NCBI GenBank assembly: GCA_001773695.1
Contig: MEXN01000005.1
Location: 3,687-67,686, forward strand
Direction of reading: 5' to 3'
DNA length: 64,000 nucleotides
Source of the DNA: Candidatus Amesbacteria bacterium RIFCSPLOWO2_01_FULL_48_25
GTDB lineage: Bacteria; Patescibacteriota; Microgenomatia; CAZETR01; Amesbacteraceae
The notes under the pieces were generated by a model that did not search any database, was not told the origin of the DNA, and was given only the letters and a program-made list of their open reading frames with translations. Position 1 is the first letter of the stretch. Each line of letters opens with the position of its first letter. This document shows, piece after piece, positions 55,491-64,000 of the stretch. A program made the position numbers and the translations under genes.

Positions 55491-57557
55491 ATGATTATGA
55501 ATTTGGTACTAGTGGAAAGCCCGACCAAGGCCAGGACTCTAGGGAAATTTTTGGGAACTGGTTTTGACATTGAGGCGACGTATGGTCATGTGAGGGATCT
55601 GCCAAAGAAGAAGATGGGGATAGAGATAAAGAGATTAAGTGATGGAGTGATGAAGTTTGAGCCGGAGTACGTGAGTACGAAAGAACAGGAGAAAAAGATC
55701 AAAGATATTAAGAGATTAAGTGATAAAGCAGAATGGATATATCTGGCGACAGATCCGGATCGGGAAGGAGAAGCGATTGCCTTTCATGTAGCGGAGCTAC
55801 TGAAAGTCAACAAATCCCAAGCCCCAAGCCCCAAATCCCAAATTAAGAGGATTGTATTTCATGAGATCACGGAACATGCCATAAAAGAGGCGTTGGGGCA
55901 TCCGCGGGGATTGGATATGAAGTTGGTTGACGCTCAGCAGGCGCGAAGAGTGTTGGACCGGTTGGTAGGGTATAAATTGTCTCCATTACTGTGGAAAAAG
56001 ATAAGAAGGGGGCTGTCGGCGGGGAGGGTGCAAAGCGTGGCAGTGCGATTGGTAGTGGAACGAGAAAGGGAGATTGAAGCTTTTAAACCAGAAGAGTATT
56101 GGCAAATCATGGTGGATTTGCTCAAGATCCAAGAACCAAGAAACAAGATACAAGTGACGTTGGTTGAGAAGAACGGGGAGAAAATGAAAATCGGAAATCA
56201 AGTTGAGGCGGAAAAAGTGGAAGGGGATTTGAGGGGGGCGGGATATGTGGTGGAGGGGGTGGAGATGAAGGAGTTTAAGCGGACCCCGCCGGCGCCGTTT
56301 ACAACTTCTACACTTCAGCAGGCGGGGGCAAATAAGCTGGGGTGGAGTGCCAAGCGGACGATGCAAGTGGCACAGGGTTTATATGAAGAGGGACTAATTA
56401 CTTATCACCGGACGGACTCGACAAACATTGCTGTTGAAGCAGCGCTTGCGGTTAGGCAGTTAATTAGTGATCGGTTTGGGAAAGAATATTCTTTAGAGAA
56501 ACCTAGATTCTATAAAACCAAAAGCAAAGTGGCGCAGGAGGCTCATGAGGCCATACGTCCTACGGACGTGAATACCACCTCGTCTCACGGCACCCCTCCT
56601 AATTTAGGAGGGGTCGGGGGTAGTATAAACCGCGACCAGGCGCGATTGTACGAGATGATTTGGAGGAGGTTCGTGGCGTGCCAGATGGCGGAGGTACGGG
56701 GGACGAGTGTTAAAATTAGTGTGGTTGCCGGTCAATACGGCTTGGAAGCAAGGGGTGAAACTATAACTTTTGATGGTTGGTACAAGGTGTTGGAAAAAGA
56801 CGCCGAAGAAAATTTATTGCCGCAGGTGAGTGAGGGGGAGAAGTTGGATTTTGTAGATTTAACAAAAGAGCAAAAATTTACTCAACCGCCAGCCCGGTAC
56901 AATGACGCCTCGCTGATTAAAGCATTGGAGGAGATGGGGATCGGGCGGCCCTCCACGTATGCGCCGACTTTGTCGACAATTCAAGACAGGCAATATGTAG
57001 AGAAGATCGAAAAGCGCTTTAAGCCAACTGAGTTGGGGGTGGCGGTGAATGATTTTTTGGTGGCCAACTTTCCCCGGGAAGTAAATTATGAGTTTACGGC
57101 CAATATGGAGTATGGTTTGGACGAAGTGGCCAATGGAGACAAGGAGTGGCAACCGCTGGTGTCTGATTTTTACGGGCCATTTGAGGCGGATTTAAAGAAT
57201 GTGGAGCAGACGGTGGCGAGAGTGAAAGTGGAAGTGGAGAAAACGGGGGAGAAGTGCCCGGAGTGCGAAGTTGGGGATGTGGTGATAAGAATAGGAAGGT
57301 TTGGAAGATTTTTGGCTTGCAGCCGGTATCCGGAGTGTAAATATAAAGCGAATTATCAGAACAAGATTGGGATGAAATGCCCCAAATGTAGTGAAGGGGA
57401 CGTAATAGTGAGAAAGACCAGAAAGGGCAAGAGTTTTTACGGCTGCAGCCGGTACCCCGATTGCGATTTTGCCAGTTGGACTAAGCCGCAAGTGAGTGGT
57501 CAAGATAAAAAAGAAGGAGGAGATGGACAAACGGGAAAGGGAAGAGCAGAACAGTGA
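55491..57557 (+). CDS. topA: DNA topoisomerase I
   Basis: VESPTKA, DPDREGEAI, SAGRVQS, ITYHRTDS, Zn ribbons. Confidence 0.98.
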   Translation: MIMNLVLVESPTKARTLGKFLGTGFDIEATYGHVRDLPKKKMGIEIKRLSDGVMKFEPEYVSTKEQEKKIKDIKRLSDKAEWIYLATDPDREGEAIAFHVAELLKVNKSQAPSPKSQIKRIVFHEITEHAIKEALGHPRGLDMKLVDAQQARRVLDRLVGYKLSPLLWKKIRRGLSAGRVQSVAVRLVVEREREIEAFKPEEYWQIMVDLLKIQEPRNKIQVTLVEKNGEKMKIGNQVEAEKVEGDLRGAGYVVEGVEMKEFKRTPPAPFTTSTLQQAGANKLGWSAKRTMQVAQGLYEEGLITYHRTDSTNIAVEAALAVRQLISDRFGKEYSLEKPRFYKTKSKVAQEAHEAIRPTDVNTTSSHGTPPNLGGVGGSINRDQARLYEMIWRRFVACQMAEVRGTSVKISVVAGQYGLEARGETITFDGWYKVLEKDAEENLLPQVSEGEKLDFVDLTKEQKFTQPPARYNDASLIKALEEMGIGRPSTYAPTLSTIQDRQYVEKIEKRFKPTELGVAVNDFLVANFPREVNYEFTANMEYGLDEVANGDKEWQPLVSDFYGPFEADLKNVEQTVARVKVEVEKTGEKCPECEVGDVVIRIGRFGRFLACSRYPECKYKANYQNKIGMKCPKCSEGDVIVRKTRKGKSFYGCSRYPDCDFASWTKPQVSGQDKKEGGDGQTGKGRAEQ

Positions 57558-57759
57558 TGTACCGGAGTGGGCTTGGTGGTTATATCAAATTTTGGCGACG
57601 GCAGTACTGGTGTCAGGTTTGACGCAGGCTGGGAGAGGAGTGGTGGAAGGGTACATTTTGCCCAAAGTCGCGCCGCTGGTCGTGGGTGAGTTGGCATTGG
57701 GCGCAGGAATGTGGGCGTACTTTTATTGGATGAATTGGGGAGGCGGGAGGGAGGTTTGA
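57523..57759 (+). CDS. Small two-TM protein
   Basis: GGAGG before ATG; hydrophobic. Confidence 0.55.
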   Translation: MDKREREEQNSDVPEWAWWLYQILATAVLVSGLTQAGRGVVEGYILPKVAPLVVGELALGAGMWAYFYWMNWGGGREV

Positions 57760-57816
57760 TGTCAATAGGTATTTTGGGGATTGAAAGTGGGGGGTGAGTT
57801 TTGTTAAAAGTGGGGC

Positions 57817-58386
57817 GTGGTTTTGAGTGATCGGGATATTAGAAAGAGGGTAAAGGGTAAAGGGCTGGTAATTCGGCCGTTTAGAAGTGAGAATGTCCAG
57901 CCGTCGTCTGTGGATTTACTTTTGGGTAGCGAGTTTCTGGTGTTTGATACACACGGACAGAGTTTGATTGACACTAAAAATGAAATTAAGGGGCTGATGA
58001 AAAAGATAGTTGTTAAATCGGGGGAACCGTTGATCGTCCACCCGCGGGAGTTTGTACTGGGGACGACTCGAGAATGGGTGGAATTGCCGTCTGATTTGGT
58101 GGGACGACTGGAGGGAAAGTCGAGTTTGGGGCGGATTGGCCTGGTGATCCATTCGACGGCCGGGTACGTGGACCCGGGTTTTGCCGGGCAGTTGACGCTG
58201 GAGATATCTAACTTAGCTAATTTGCCCATTGCCTTGTACTCGGGGATGAAGATTTGTCAGTTTAGTTTGCAGCAAATGACTAGTCCAGCCCAGTATCCGT
58301 ACGGGCACAAAAAATTAAAGAGTCATTACATGGGGCAAAAAGGCGTGACCGGCGCCGATACCGGGAGTATTTGGGGGAGGAAATAA
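57817..58386 (+). CDS. dcd: dCTP deaminase
   Basis: QPSSVDL, EGKSSLGR, AGYVDPGF.G.LTLE. Confidence 0.95.
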   Translation: MVLSDRDIRKRVKGKGLVIRPFRSENVQPSSVDLLLGSEFLVFDTHGQSLIDTKNEIKGLMKKIVVKSGEPLIVHPREFVLGTTREWVELPSDLVGRLEGKSSLGRIGLVIHSTAGYVDPGFAGQLTLEISNLANLPIALYSGMKICQFSLQQMTSPAQYPYGHKKLKSHYMGQKGVTGADTGSIWGRK

Positions 58387-59331
58387 ATGGCTTTGTCTAC
58401 TGAGACTAAGAGTTCAGAAAAAATTGTAAACGAAGGTGCGGAGAAGTGGTTAGGAGTTAGGATCCCTGTTTTGGATCATGGATATGTAATGCTAGTTGAT
58501 TACATGGGAAACGATCAAACGATTGAGAAGGCGGCTAGAGTATCGTATCAAGCGGGAACGAGACAAGTGAGTGAAACGCGAACTCTACTGAGATATTTGA
58601 TGAGAAATAGGCATACCAGCCCTTTTGAGATGAACGAATACGTGTTTCACATGAAGTTGCCGATTTTTGTGGCTAGACAGGTGGTCAGACATAGGACTGC
58701 GGGTTTGAATGAAGAATCGGCCAGGTATTCGATATTGGCTGACGAAGTGTATATTCCAGATGCGAATGTTCTGGCTGGACAATCGAAAAGTAACAGGCAG
58801 GGGCGAGACGAAGTGTTTGGTGCAGAGGAAGCTGAGGCTGTGAGGAAATTACTGATTGCCGAAGCGGGTATGGCAAGGAAAAACTATGAGTATTTGTTGA
58901 ATGACGATGGTATTGGGAATCCGGTTGACCAAAGTCGGGGAATGCTGGCTCGGGAATTGGCCAGACTTGGGTTGACTATGGGGCAATACACTCAATGGAT
59001 TTGGAAGATGGACTTGCATAATTTGTTGCATTTTCTTAGTTTAAGAATGGATGCCCATGCCCAGTATGAAACGAGGCAATATGCGAATGCTGTGGCTACA
59101 GTAGTAGCTGATGCGGTTCCGATTACTTATCAAGCTTTTGTGGACTATGAGTTGGAAGCGATTCGATTAACTAAGCCTGATCAGGTGGTTATTGGAAGCC
59201 TGATGGCGAGTTTGGGTGTGGTTTTGACAGAACAGCAGGTCGGTGACAGGGCAAAAGCATTAGGAATGAAGAATAAAAGGGAGCGGGAGGAATTACTGGA
59301 TAAACTACGTAGACTGGGTCTGGTAAAATAG
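58387..59331 (+). CDS. thyX: FAD-dependent thymidylate synthase
   Basis: AARVSY, HTSPFE, RHRTAGLNEESARY, LRMDAHAQYE. Confidence 0.96.
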   Translation: MALSTETKSSEKIVNEGAEKWLGVRIPVLDHGYVMLVDYMGNDQTIEKAARVSYQAGTRQVSETRTLLRYLMRNRHTSPFEMNEYVFHMKLPIFVARQVVRHRTAGLNEESARYSILADEVYIPDANVLAGQSKSNRQGRDEVFGAEEAEAVRKLLIAEAGMARKNYEYLLNDDGIGNPVDQSRGMLARELARLGLTMGQYTQWIWKMDLHNLLHFLSLRMDAHAQYETRQYANAVATVVADAVPITYQAFVDYELEAIRLTKPDQVVIGSLMASLGVVLTEQQVGDRAKALGMKNKREREELLDKLRRLGLVK

Positions 59332-59439
59332 GGGTATGGCTGAAGGAAGAGAGAAGAACGAATATTTGGGGACGTTTTTAAAAATTGCGTTGGCGATTGG
59401 GATCTTGGCGTTGGTGCTTTAGGGTGATAAACTCGTGTT

Positions 59440-60039
59440 ATGAAGAAGGGATTGTTTGTGGTGTTGTATGGGCCGGACGGGGTGGGGAAAAGCCGGCAGA
59501 TGGAACTAATAGAAGAGCGGTTGCGGGAGCAGGGGGTGATGTACCGGCGGCTGAGGTATCCGATTTATGACTTAAAACCTACGGGGTCTAGGTTAGATGA
59601 GATGCTGCATAAAAATAAAAAACCTTTGGAAGAGGAGAAAATGCAGGAACTGTTTGCCCAAAATCGGCGGGATTTCGAACCGACCCTAAGGTCCTGGTTG
59701 AATTCCGGTGTGTGTGTGGCGGCGGAAAACTATACCGGTACGGGATTGGCGTGGGGAGCGGTGCGGGGTGTGGCCATGATTAAACTTGAAGAGATGAATA
59801 AAGGCATACTGGAGCCGGATGTGGCGATATTTCTGGACGGGCCGAAAAGAGCTGAATTGCCTATTGAGGGTCATCCATATGGGACGGAAGAAAACGAGGA
59901 TGAGTGGTATAGACTGCGGAAGATTTACTTGCAACTGGCGGATAAATACGGCTGGGTGCGGGTGGGCGGTGACGCACCGATATTGATTGTGGCTAACCGG
60001 ATCTGGGCCGTGGTCCGACCGGTGTTGGTAAGAAGATAG
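59440..60039 (+). CDS. Thymidylate kinase-like protein (divergent)
   Basis: GPDGVGKS P-loop; ENY in place of DRY. Confidence 0.8.
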   Translation: MKKGLFVVLYGPDGVGKSRQMELIEERLREQGVMYRRLRYPIYDLKPTGSRLDEMLHKNKKPLEEEKMQELFAQNRRDFEPTLRSWLNSGVCVAAENYTGTGLAWGAVRGVAMIKLEEMNKGILEPDVAIFLDGPKRAELPIEGHPYGTEENEDEWYRLRKIYLQLADKYGWVRVGGDAPILIVANRIWAVVRPVLVRR

Positions 60040-60066
60040 TTTTTCGGGTGTGGTATATTTCGGGCA

Positions 60067-60765
60067 GTGGCGGGGGAATACGACGGCTATTTTATTACTT
60101 TTGAAGGACCCGACGGTTCGGGTAAAAGCACGCAGTCGAAATTATTGGTCCAATACTTGGGGGGGTTGGGATACGATGTGATGCATACGTTCGAGCCGGG
60201 AGGGACGAAGATTGGTGAGCAGGTGCGAAACGTGTTGCACGATATGAGAAATACAGCAATGCAACCGAGAGCTGAGGCTTTGGGGTATCTGATGTCTCGG
60301 GCGCAGCTGATGGGAGAAAAAATCAGGCCCCGATTGGCTTGGGGAGGAATAGTGGTTAGCGATAGATATAACGATAGTACTCTGGCATATCAGGGGTACG
60401 GGCATGGTCTAGATTTGGATATGCTGAGAGTGGTTTGCGGTTTTGCCACCGGAGGGTTAACGCCGGATTTGACGTTACTCCTTGATTTGTCTGTCGAGGA
60501 GGGTTTGGAGCGTCGGAAAACTGGAGGAGGAGAATGGAATAGGTTGGATGCGATGGATGTGGAGTTTCATGGGCGGGTGAGAGGTGGTTATTTAGAAATG
60601 GCTCGGCAGGAACCGGACAGATGGGTAGTGATCGACGCTAAGGCGAGTGTTTGGGAGTTGCACAAGGCTGTGAGGGTGGTGGTGCAGGGAGTCTTAGGTT
60701 TAGGGATGGATGTGGATCGGATGCGATGGGAGGGAGAAGGCGGTATAATTCCCGGCAATGGATGA
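60067..60765 (+). CDS. tmk: Thymidylate kinase
   Basis: FEGPDGSGKSTQ, EPGGT, SDRY, AYQG. Confidence 0.95.
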   Translation: MAGEYDGYFITFEGPDGSGKSTQSKLLVQYLGGLGYDVMHTFEPGGTKIGEQVRNVLHDMRNTAMQPRAEALGYLMSRAQLMGEKIRPRLAWGGIVVSDRYNDSTLAYQGYGHGLDLDMLRVVCGFATGGLTPDLTLLLDLSVEEGLERRKTGGGEWNRLDAMDVEFHGRVRGGYLEMARQEPDRWVVIDAKASVWELHKAVRVVVQGVLGLGMDVDRMRWEGEGGIIPGNG

Positions 60766-61963
60766 AGTATTTGAATTGATCAAATCGGAAGAGAAGAGGC
60801 AGGGGGAGACACTGATGATGATCCCGTCGGAGAACTACGCCAGTAGGGCGGTAAGGCAGGCGATGGGGTCGGTACTAAATAATAAATACTCGGAAGGGTA
60901 TCCCGGAAAGAGATATTATCAAGGAAATAAATATGTTGATGATATAGAGAATATCGCTATAGAAAGAGTAAAAAAATTGTTCGCAGTGAAGTATGCGAAT
61001 GTCCAACCATATTCCGGCTCCCCGGCTAACGCCGCGGTGTTAATGGCATTGGTTGGGCCGGGAGAAAAAATTATGGGGATGAAATTGTCCGGAGGCGGGC
61101 ATTTGACGCATGGACATCCCAAGATCACTTTTTCGGGCAAGTATTATCAGAGTGGGCAATACGATGTAAATGATGAGGGGTGGATTGATTATGATGAGGT
61201 GGAGCGGATGGCGCGAGCCGAGAAACCGAAACTGATTATTGCAGGAACCACGGCGTATCCCAGAATCTTGGATTTTTCTAAGTTTGGAAAAATTGCCCAT
61301 GGTGTGGGGGCGTATTTGTTGGCGGATATATCCCACATTGCCGGGTTAGTGGTGGCTGGGACTCATCCATCGCCAGTGGGTCATGCTGATGTGGTTATGA
61401 CCACAACTCATAAGACATTGCGGGGGCCGCGGGGGGCAATTTTGATGACTGATAATGAGGAAACCGCTCGCAAAATCGACCGGGCGGTATTTCCGGGATT
61501 GCAAGGCGGTCCGCATAACAGTACGACTGCTGCTATTGCTGTCGCTTTGGTTGAAGCCGGTACGCCGGAGTTTAAAGAGTACGGGGTGCAGGTTGTAAAG
61601 AATGCTAAAGTTTTGAGTGATGAGCTAACAAAATTGGGGTTTAAGCTGACGACTGGCGGGACAGATAACCATCTGGTGGTTATAAATTTGGGCGGAGGCG
61701 GTAAGGAAGCGGCTGTGGCTTTGGAAGAGGCGGGAATTATAGTCAATTATAATGCCGTACCGCATGACTCCAATCCTCCGGCTAACCCTTCGGGACTCCG
61801 GTTGGGGACACCGGCGGTGACAACTCGGGGAATGGAAGAAGAGGAGATGAAACAAATTGCGCAGTGGATAAGCGATACGATTCGTATAAGGAATAACGTA
61901 TCAGGTATTAGGGAAATTAGAAATGAAGTGAAGAAGATGTGCAAAAAATTTCCGGTGCCGTGA
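60758..61963 (+). CDS. glyA: Serine hydroxymethyltransferase
   Basis: SENY, GGHLTHG, TTTHKTLRGPRG. Confidence 0.98.
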   Translation: MDEVFELIKSEEKRQGETLMMIPSENYASRAVRQAMGSVLNNKYSEGYPGKRYYQGNKYVDDIENIAIERVKKLFAVKYANVQPYSGSPANAAVLMALVGPGEKIMGMKLSGGGHLTHGHPKITFSGKYYQSGQYDVNDEGWIDYDEVERMARAEKPKLIIAGTTAYPRILDFSKFGKIAHGVGAYLLADISHIAGLVVAGTHPSPVGHADVVMTTTHKTLRGPRGAILMTDNEETARKIDRAVFPGLQGGPHNSTTAAIAVALVEAGTPEFKEYGVQVVKNAKVLSDELTKLGFKLTTGGTDNHLVVINLGGGGKEAAVALEEAGIIVNYNAVPHDSNPPANPSGLRLGTPAVTTRGMEEEEMKQIAQWISDTIRIRNNVSGIREIRNEVKKMCKKFPVP

Positions 61964-62008
61964 GACTTGATGGTTGACAGGAGTGTGAAAAGAGGACTAA
62001 GGTGAGGT

Positions 62009-62170
62009 ATGGATGAGAGGAAAGTTGTGTTTGCCAAGGATCTGGGTAAGACCGGGAGTGGGGAAGCGAGGGAGTTTTTAAGGGAACCAGAAAAAGTGGT
62101 TAGGTGGGCCTATTGGATACTGGGGTTGGCTGCACTGGCGGCCGTGGCGGCGTCTCAATTTGTGAGATAA
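62009..62170 (+). CDS. Small single-TM protein (53 aa; not in the ORF track)
   Basis: MDERKVVF..WAYWILGLAALAAVAASQFVR*. Confidence 0.45.
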   Translation: MDERKVVFAKDLGKTGSGEAREFLREPEKVVRWAYWILGLAALAAVAASQFVR

Positions 62171-62249
62171 ATCCAACGTATTCCAGTCCGCCACTGGCGG
62201 ATTGCATTGGCTATATACTCGTCAGGAGCCTGACGATTATAATCGGGGC

Positions 62250-63014
62250 ATGATTTTTGATGGGAAGAAGTTTGCGGGGGAAATTGAGAAGATATTAAGA
62301 GATGAAGTGATTAAGTTGGGGAAGAGGCTGAAGCTGGTGACGATTGTAGACCCGGCGAATCCAGCAAGCGTAACATATACAAATCTCAAAGCTGCTATGG
62401 CTGCACGCCTGGGTGTAGATTTTGAAATTCAAAAATCAAATAACAAATCACAAATCAAATCTAAAATCCAAAAACTAAACGTGGATTCAGATGTTGATGG
62501 GATTATGGTTCAGATGCCGTTCCCGAATGCCAAATTTCTAATTGATCTAATTGACCCAAGGAAAGATATAGACGGATTGAGAGAAGATTCGCCGTATAAG
62601 CCGGCGGTAGTGAGAGCGATTTGTGAAATCCTAATTTCTAATTTCGAATTTCTAAACAAATCTCAAGCCCCAAAATCCAAAACACAAATTTGTGTTGTGG
62701 GGTCGAAGGGGTTTGTGGGATCTAGGCTGATGCGGGAGTTGCCGGGAGCGGTGGGGATGGATAAGGGGGATTTTGACCCTTCGGTGTTGCTCAGAGCAAG
62801 TGTAATTGTAAGTGCTACGGGGCAGGCGGGGCTGATTAAGCCCGATATGGTTAAAGAGGGGGTGGTAGCTATTGATGTGGGGTATCCCAAAGGGGATTTT
62901 GACCCGGAAGTGGTGAAGAAAACCGCGTTTTTTACGCCGGTTCCGGGTGGAGTGGGGCCGGTAACGGTGGTGATGCTGTTTAAAAATTTGGTGGATGCTG
63001 TATTATTGGAGTAG
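62250..63014 (+). CDS. folD: Methylenetetrahydrofolate dehydrogenase/cyclohydrolase
   Basis: DGK, GIMVQMP, KDIDG, TPVPGGVGPVTV. Confidence 0.93.
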   Translation: MIFDGKKFAGEIEKILRDEVIKLGKRLKLVTIVDPANPASVTYTNLKAAMAARLGVDFEIQKSNNKSQIKSKIQKLNVDSDVDGIMVQMPFPNAKFLIDLIDPRKDIDGLREDSPYKPAVVRAICEILISNFEFLNKSQAPKSKTQICVVGSKGFVGSRLMRELPGAVGMDKGDFDPSVLLRASVIVSATGQAGLIKPDMVKEGVVAIDVGYPKGDFDPEVVKKTAFFTPVPGGVGPVTVVMLFKNLVDAVLLE

Positions 63015-63262
63015 TGGCGATTGCAGTTCAAGATCAAGCAGTGGAGACTCCGGTGAAGTTGGAGGGGAGGGATATTGGAGAAGGCTTGTCGGACAAGCAA
63101 CTGGGGAGTTTGTTGAGTACTCAGATGCAGGCTGAGGGAGCAGCGTCTAAATTGTCAGAAGGCATCAATACTGGTGTTTCGGAGAGGGTAGCGGAGGATA
63201 AAGTGAGGATTGGTTTTTTGAGAGGGGTGATAAATAAGATAAGGTCAAAAACAGGTTTTTAG
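63014..63262 (+). CDS. Hypothetical protein
   Basis: Coupled to the folD stop. Confidence 0.4.
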   Translation: MAIAVQDQAVETPVKLEGRDIGEGLSDKQLGSLLSTQMQAEGAASKLSEGINTGVSERVAEDKVRIGFLRGVINKIRSKTGF

Positions 63263-63756
63263 TGGGAGATTTCGCGGGTGATGGTGACTTCGGTGGAGCC
63301 GTCCCCATATGGTAACTCGCCTTTTATTGTGTCCGAGGTCCCGGGGCAATCTGGGTTGGGGTGGTGAGTTTCTGCAACAGGATTTTCGAGATGAAGGTCA
63401 ATGGTTGTTTCTTGGCCGTCGGCGAATTTTAGTTCTAGGTCTGCGGCATGAGGTTTAATGATAAGAGATAGATCCGAGTCGTGGTATATTTCCTGGTCGG
63501 GTTGGGAGGTGGAAAAGATTTTGTGGAGTAGGACTCTGGGAGAACAGTCGACGGGTGTAGGGGTAAGCATTGAACCTTCTGGGGTAGTGGTGGCTTCGGA
63601 ATAAAGAGCTGCACAAAAAGATGCCCCAACCAAGGTTCCAAGGGCCAGTACTAGGCCGTATTTGAGTTCGTGGCTGGTAAAGGTGGATTTGGGTCGCCCA
63701 TGACTGAGAGGTTTTCCGGCGTCTCCACGTCCGGCATAGTTCCTGATTCTAGGCAT
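63259..63756 (-). CDS. Single-TM hypothetical protein
   Basis: TATAAT 7 nt upstream. Confidence 0.6.
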   Translation of the reverse strand: MPRIRNYAGRGDAGKPLSHGRPKSTFTSHELKYGLVLALGTLVGASFCAALYSEATTTPEGSMLTPTPVDCSPRVLLHKIFSTSQPDQEIYHDSDLSLIIKPHAADLELKFADGQETTIDLHLENPVAETHHPNPDCPGTSDTIKGELPYGDGSTEVTITREISH

Positions 63757-64000
63757 AGCGCGAATTATACGCCTGTGATAAAATGCTTTGGAGGTTATTT
63801 CGCACCTCGCCTAATTTCTCCTTATAAATTTTGGCGGGGGAGGTAAAAAGGAGAAAGTATGAATACAGCTCACGATTTGATAATGTCTGAGTTAGATCGG
63901 ACTAATGTTGCAAGGTTGGCAGCTTTGGAGATGGTAAAGGTGGGTGCGATGACGGTGGAGGAGTGGAAAAGACTTGATGACGCGTTGGATGGAAGGGCGA

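Overview
Chromosomal window from a small-genome bacterium, most likely Patescibacteria/CPR of the Microgenomates type. This is inferred from gene content, pilin/cohesin-dockerin surface proteins, ORFans interleaved with core genes and leaderless gene starts. It uses code 11 and the + strand is strongly G-rich. Left to right: a competence cluster (dprA, comM, yraN) with a MntA/HepT pair inserted behind a duplicated comM 5' end; rplK-nusG-secE; yvcK/ddl; three cohesin/dockerin genes; a ~12 kb island (14.1-26.3 kb) ending in a large serine recombinase that reads into the 3' end of tRNA-Trp; rpmG; a PilB/GspE ATPase; tRNA-Thr; large secreted proteins; tRNA-Tyr and tRNA-Thr; rpmB, fmt, def; mreB-mrdA; two pilin-like genes; topA; and dcd-thyX-tmk-tmk-glyA-folD. 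The main observation is four dispersed attP-like half-sites in the island. Each carries the GCAGG core of the tRNA-Trp end, and three encode recombinase-tail-like peptides in frame (the fourth is interrupted). They divide the toxin/defence cargo into cassettes, which suggests an integron-like array built by a serine recombinase. Also notable: palindromes and heptamer repeats inserted in frame in core genes, a TerS-bearing satellite-like module, non-canonical tRNAs, and a translation gene cluster stretched over 35 kb. All family assignments come from motif recognition by eye; no database searches were run.
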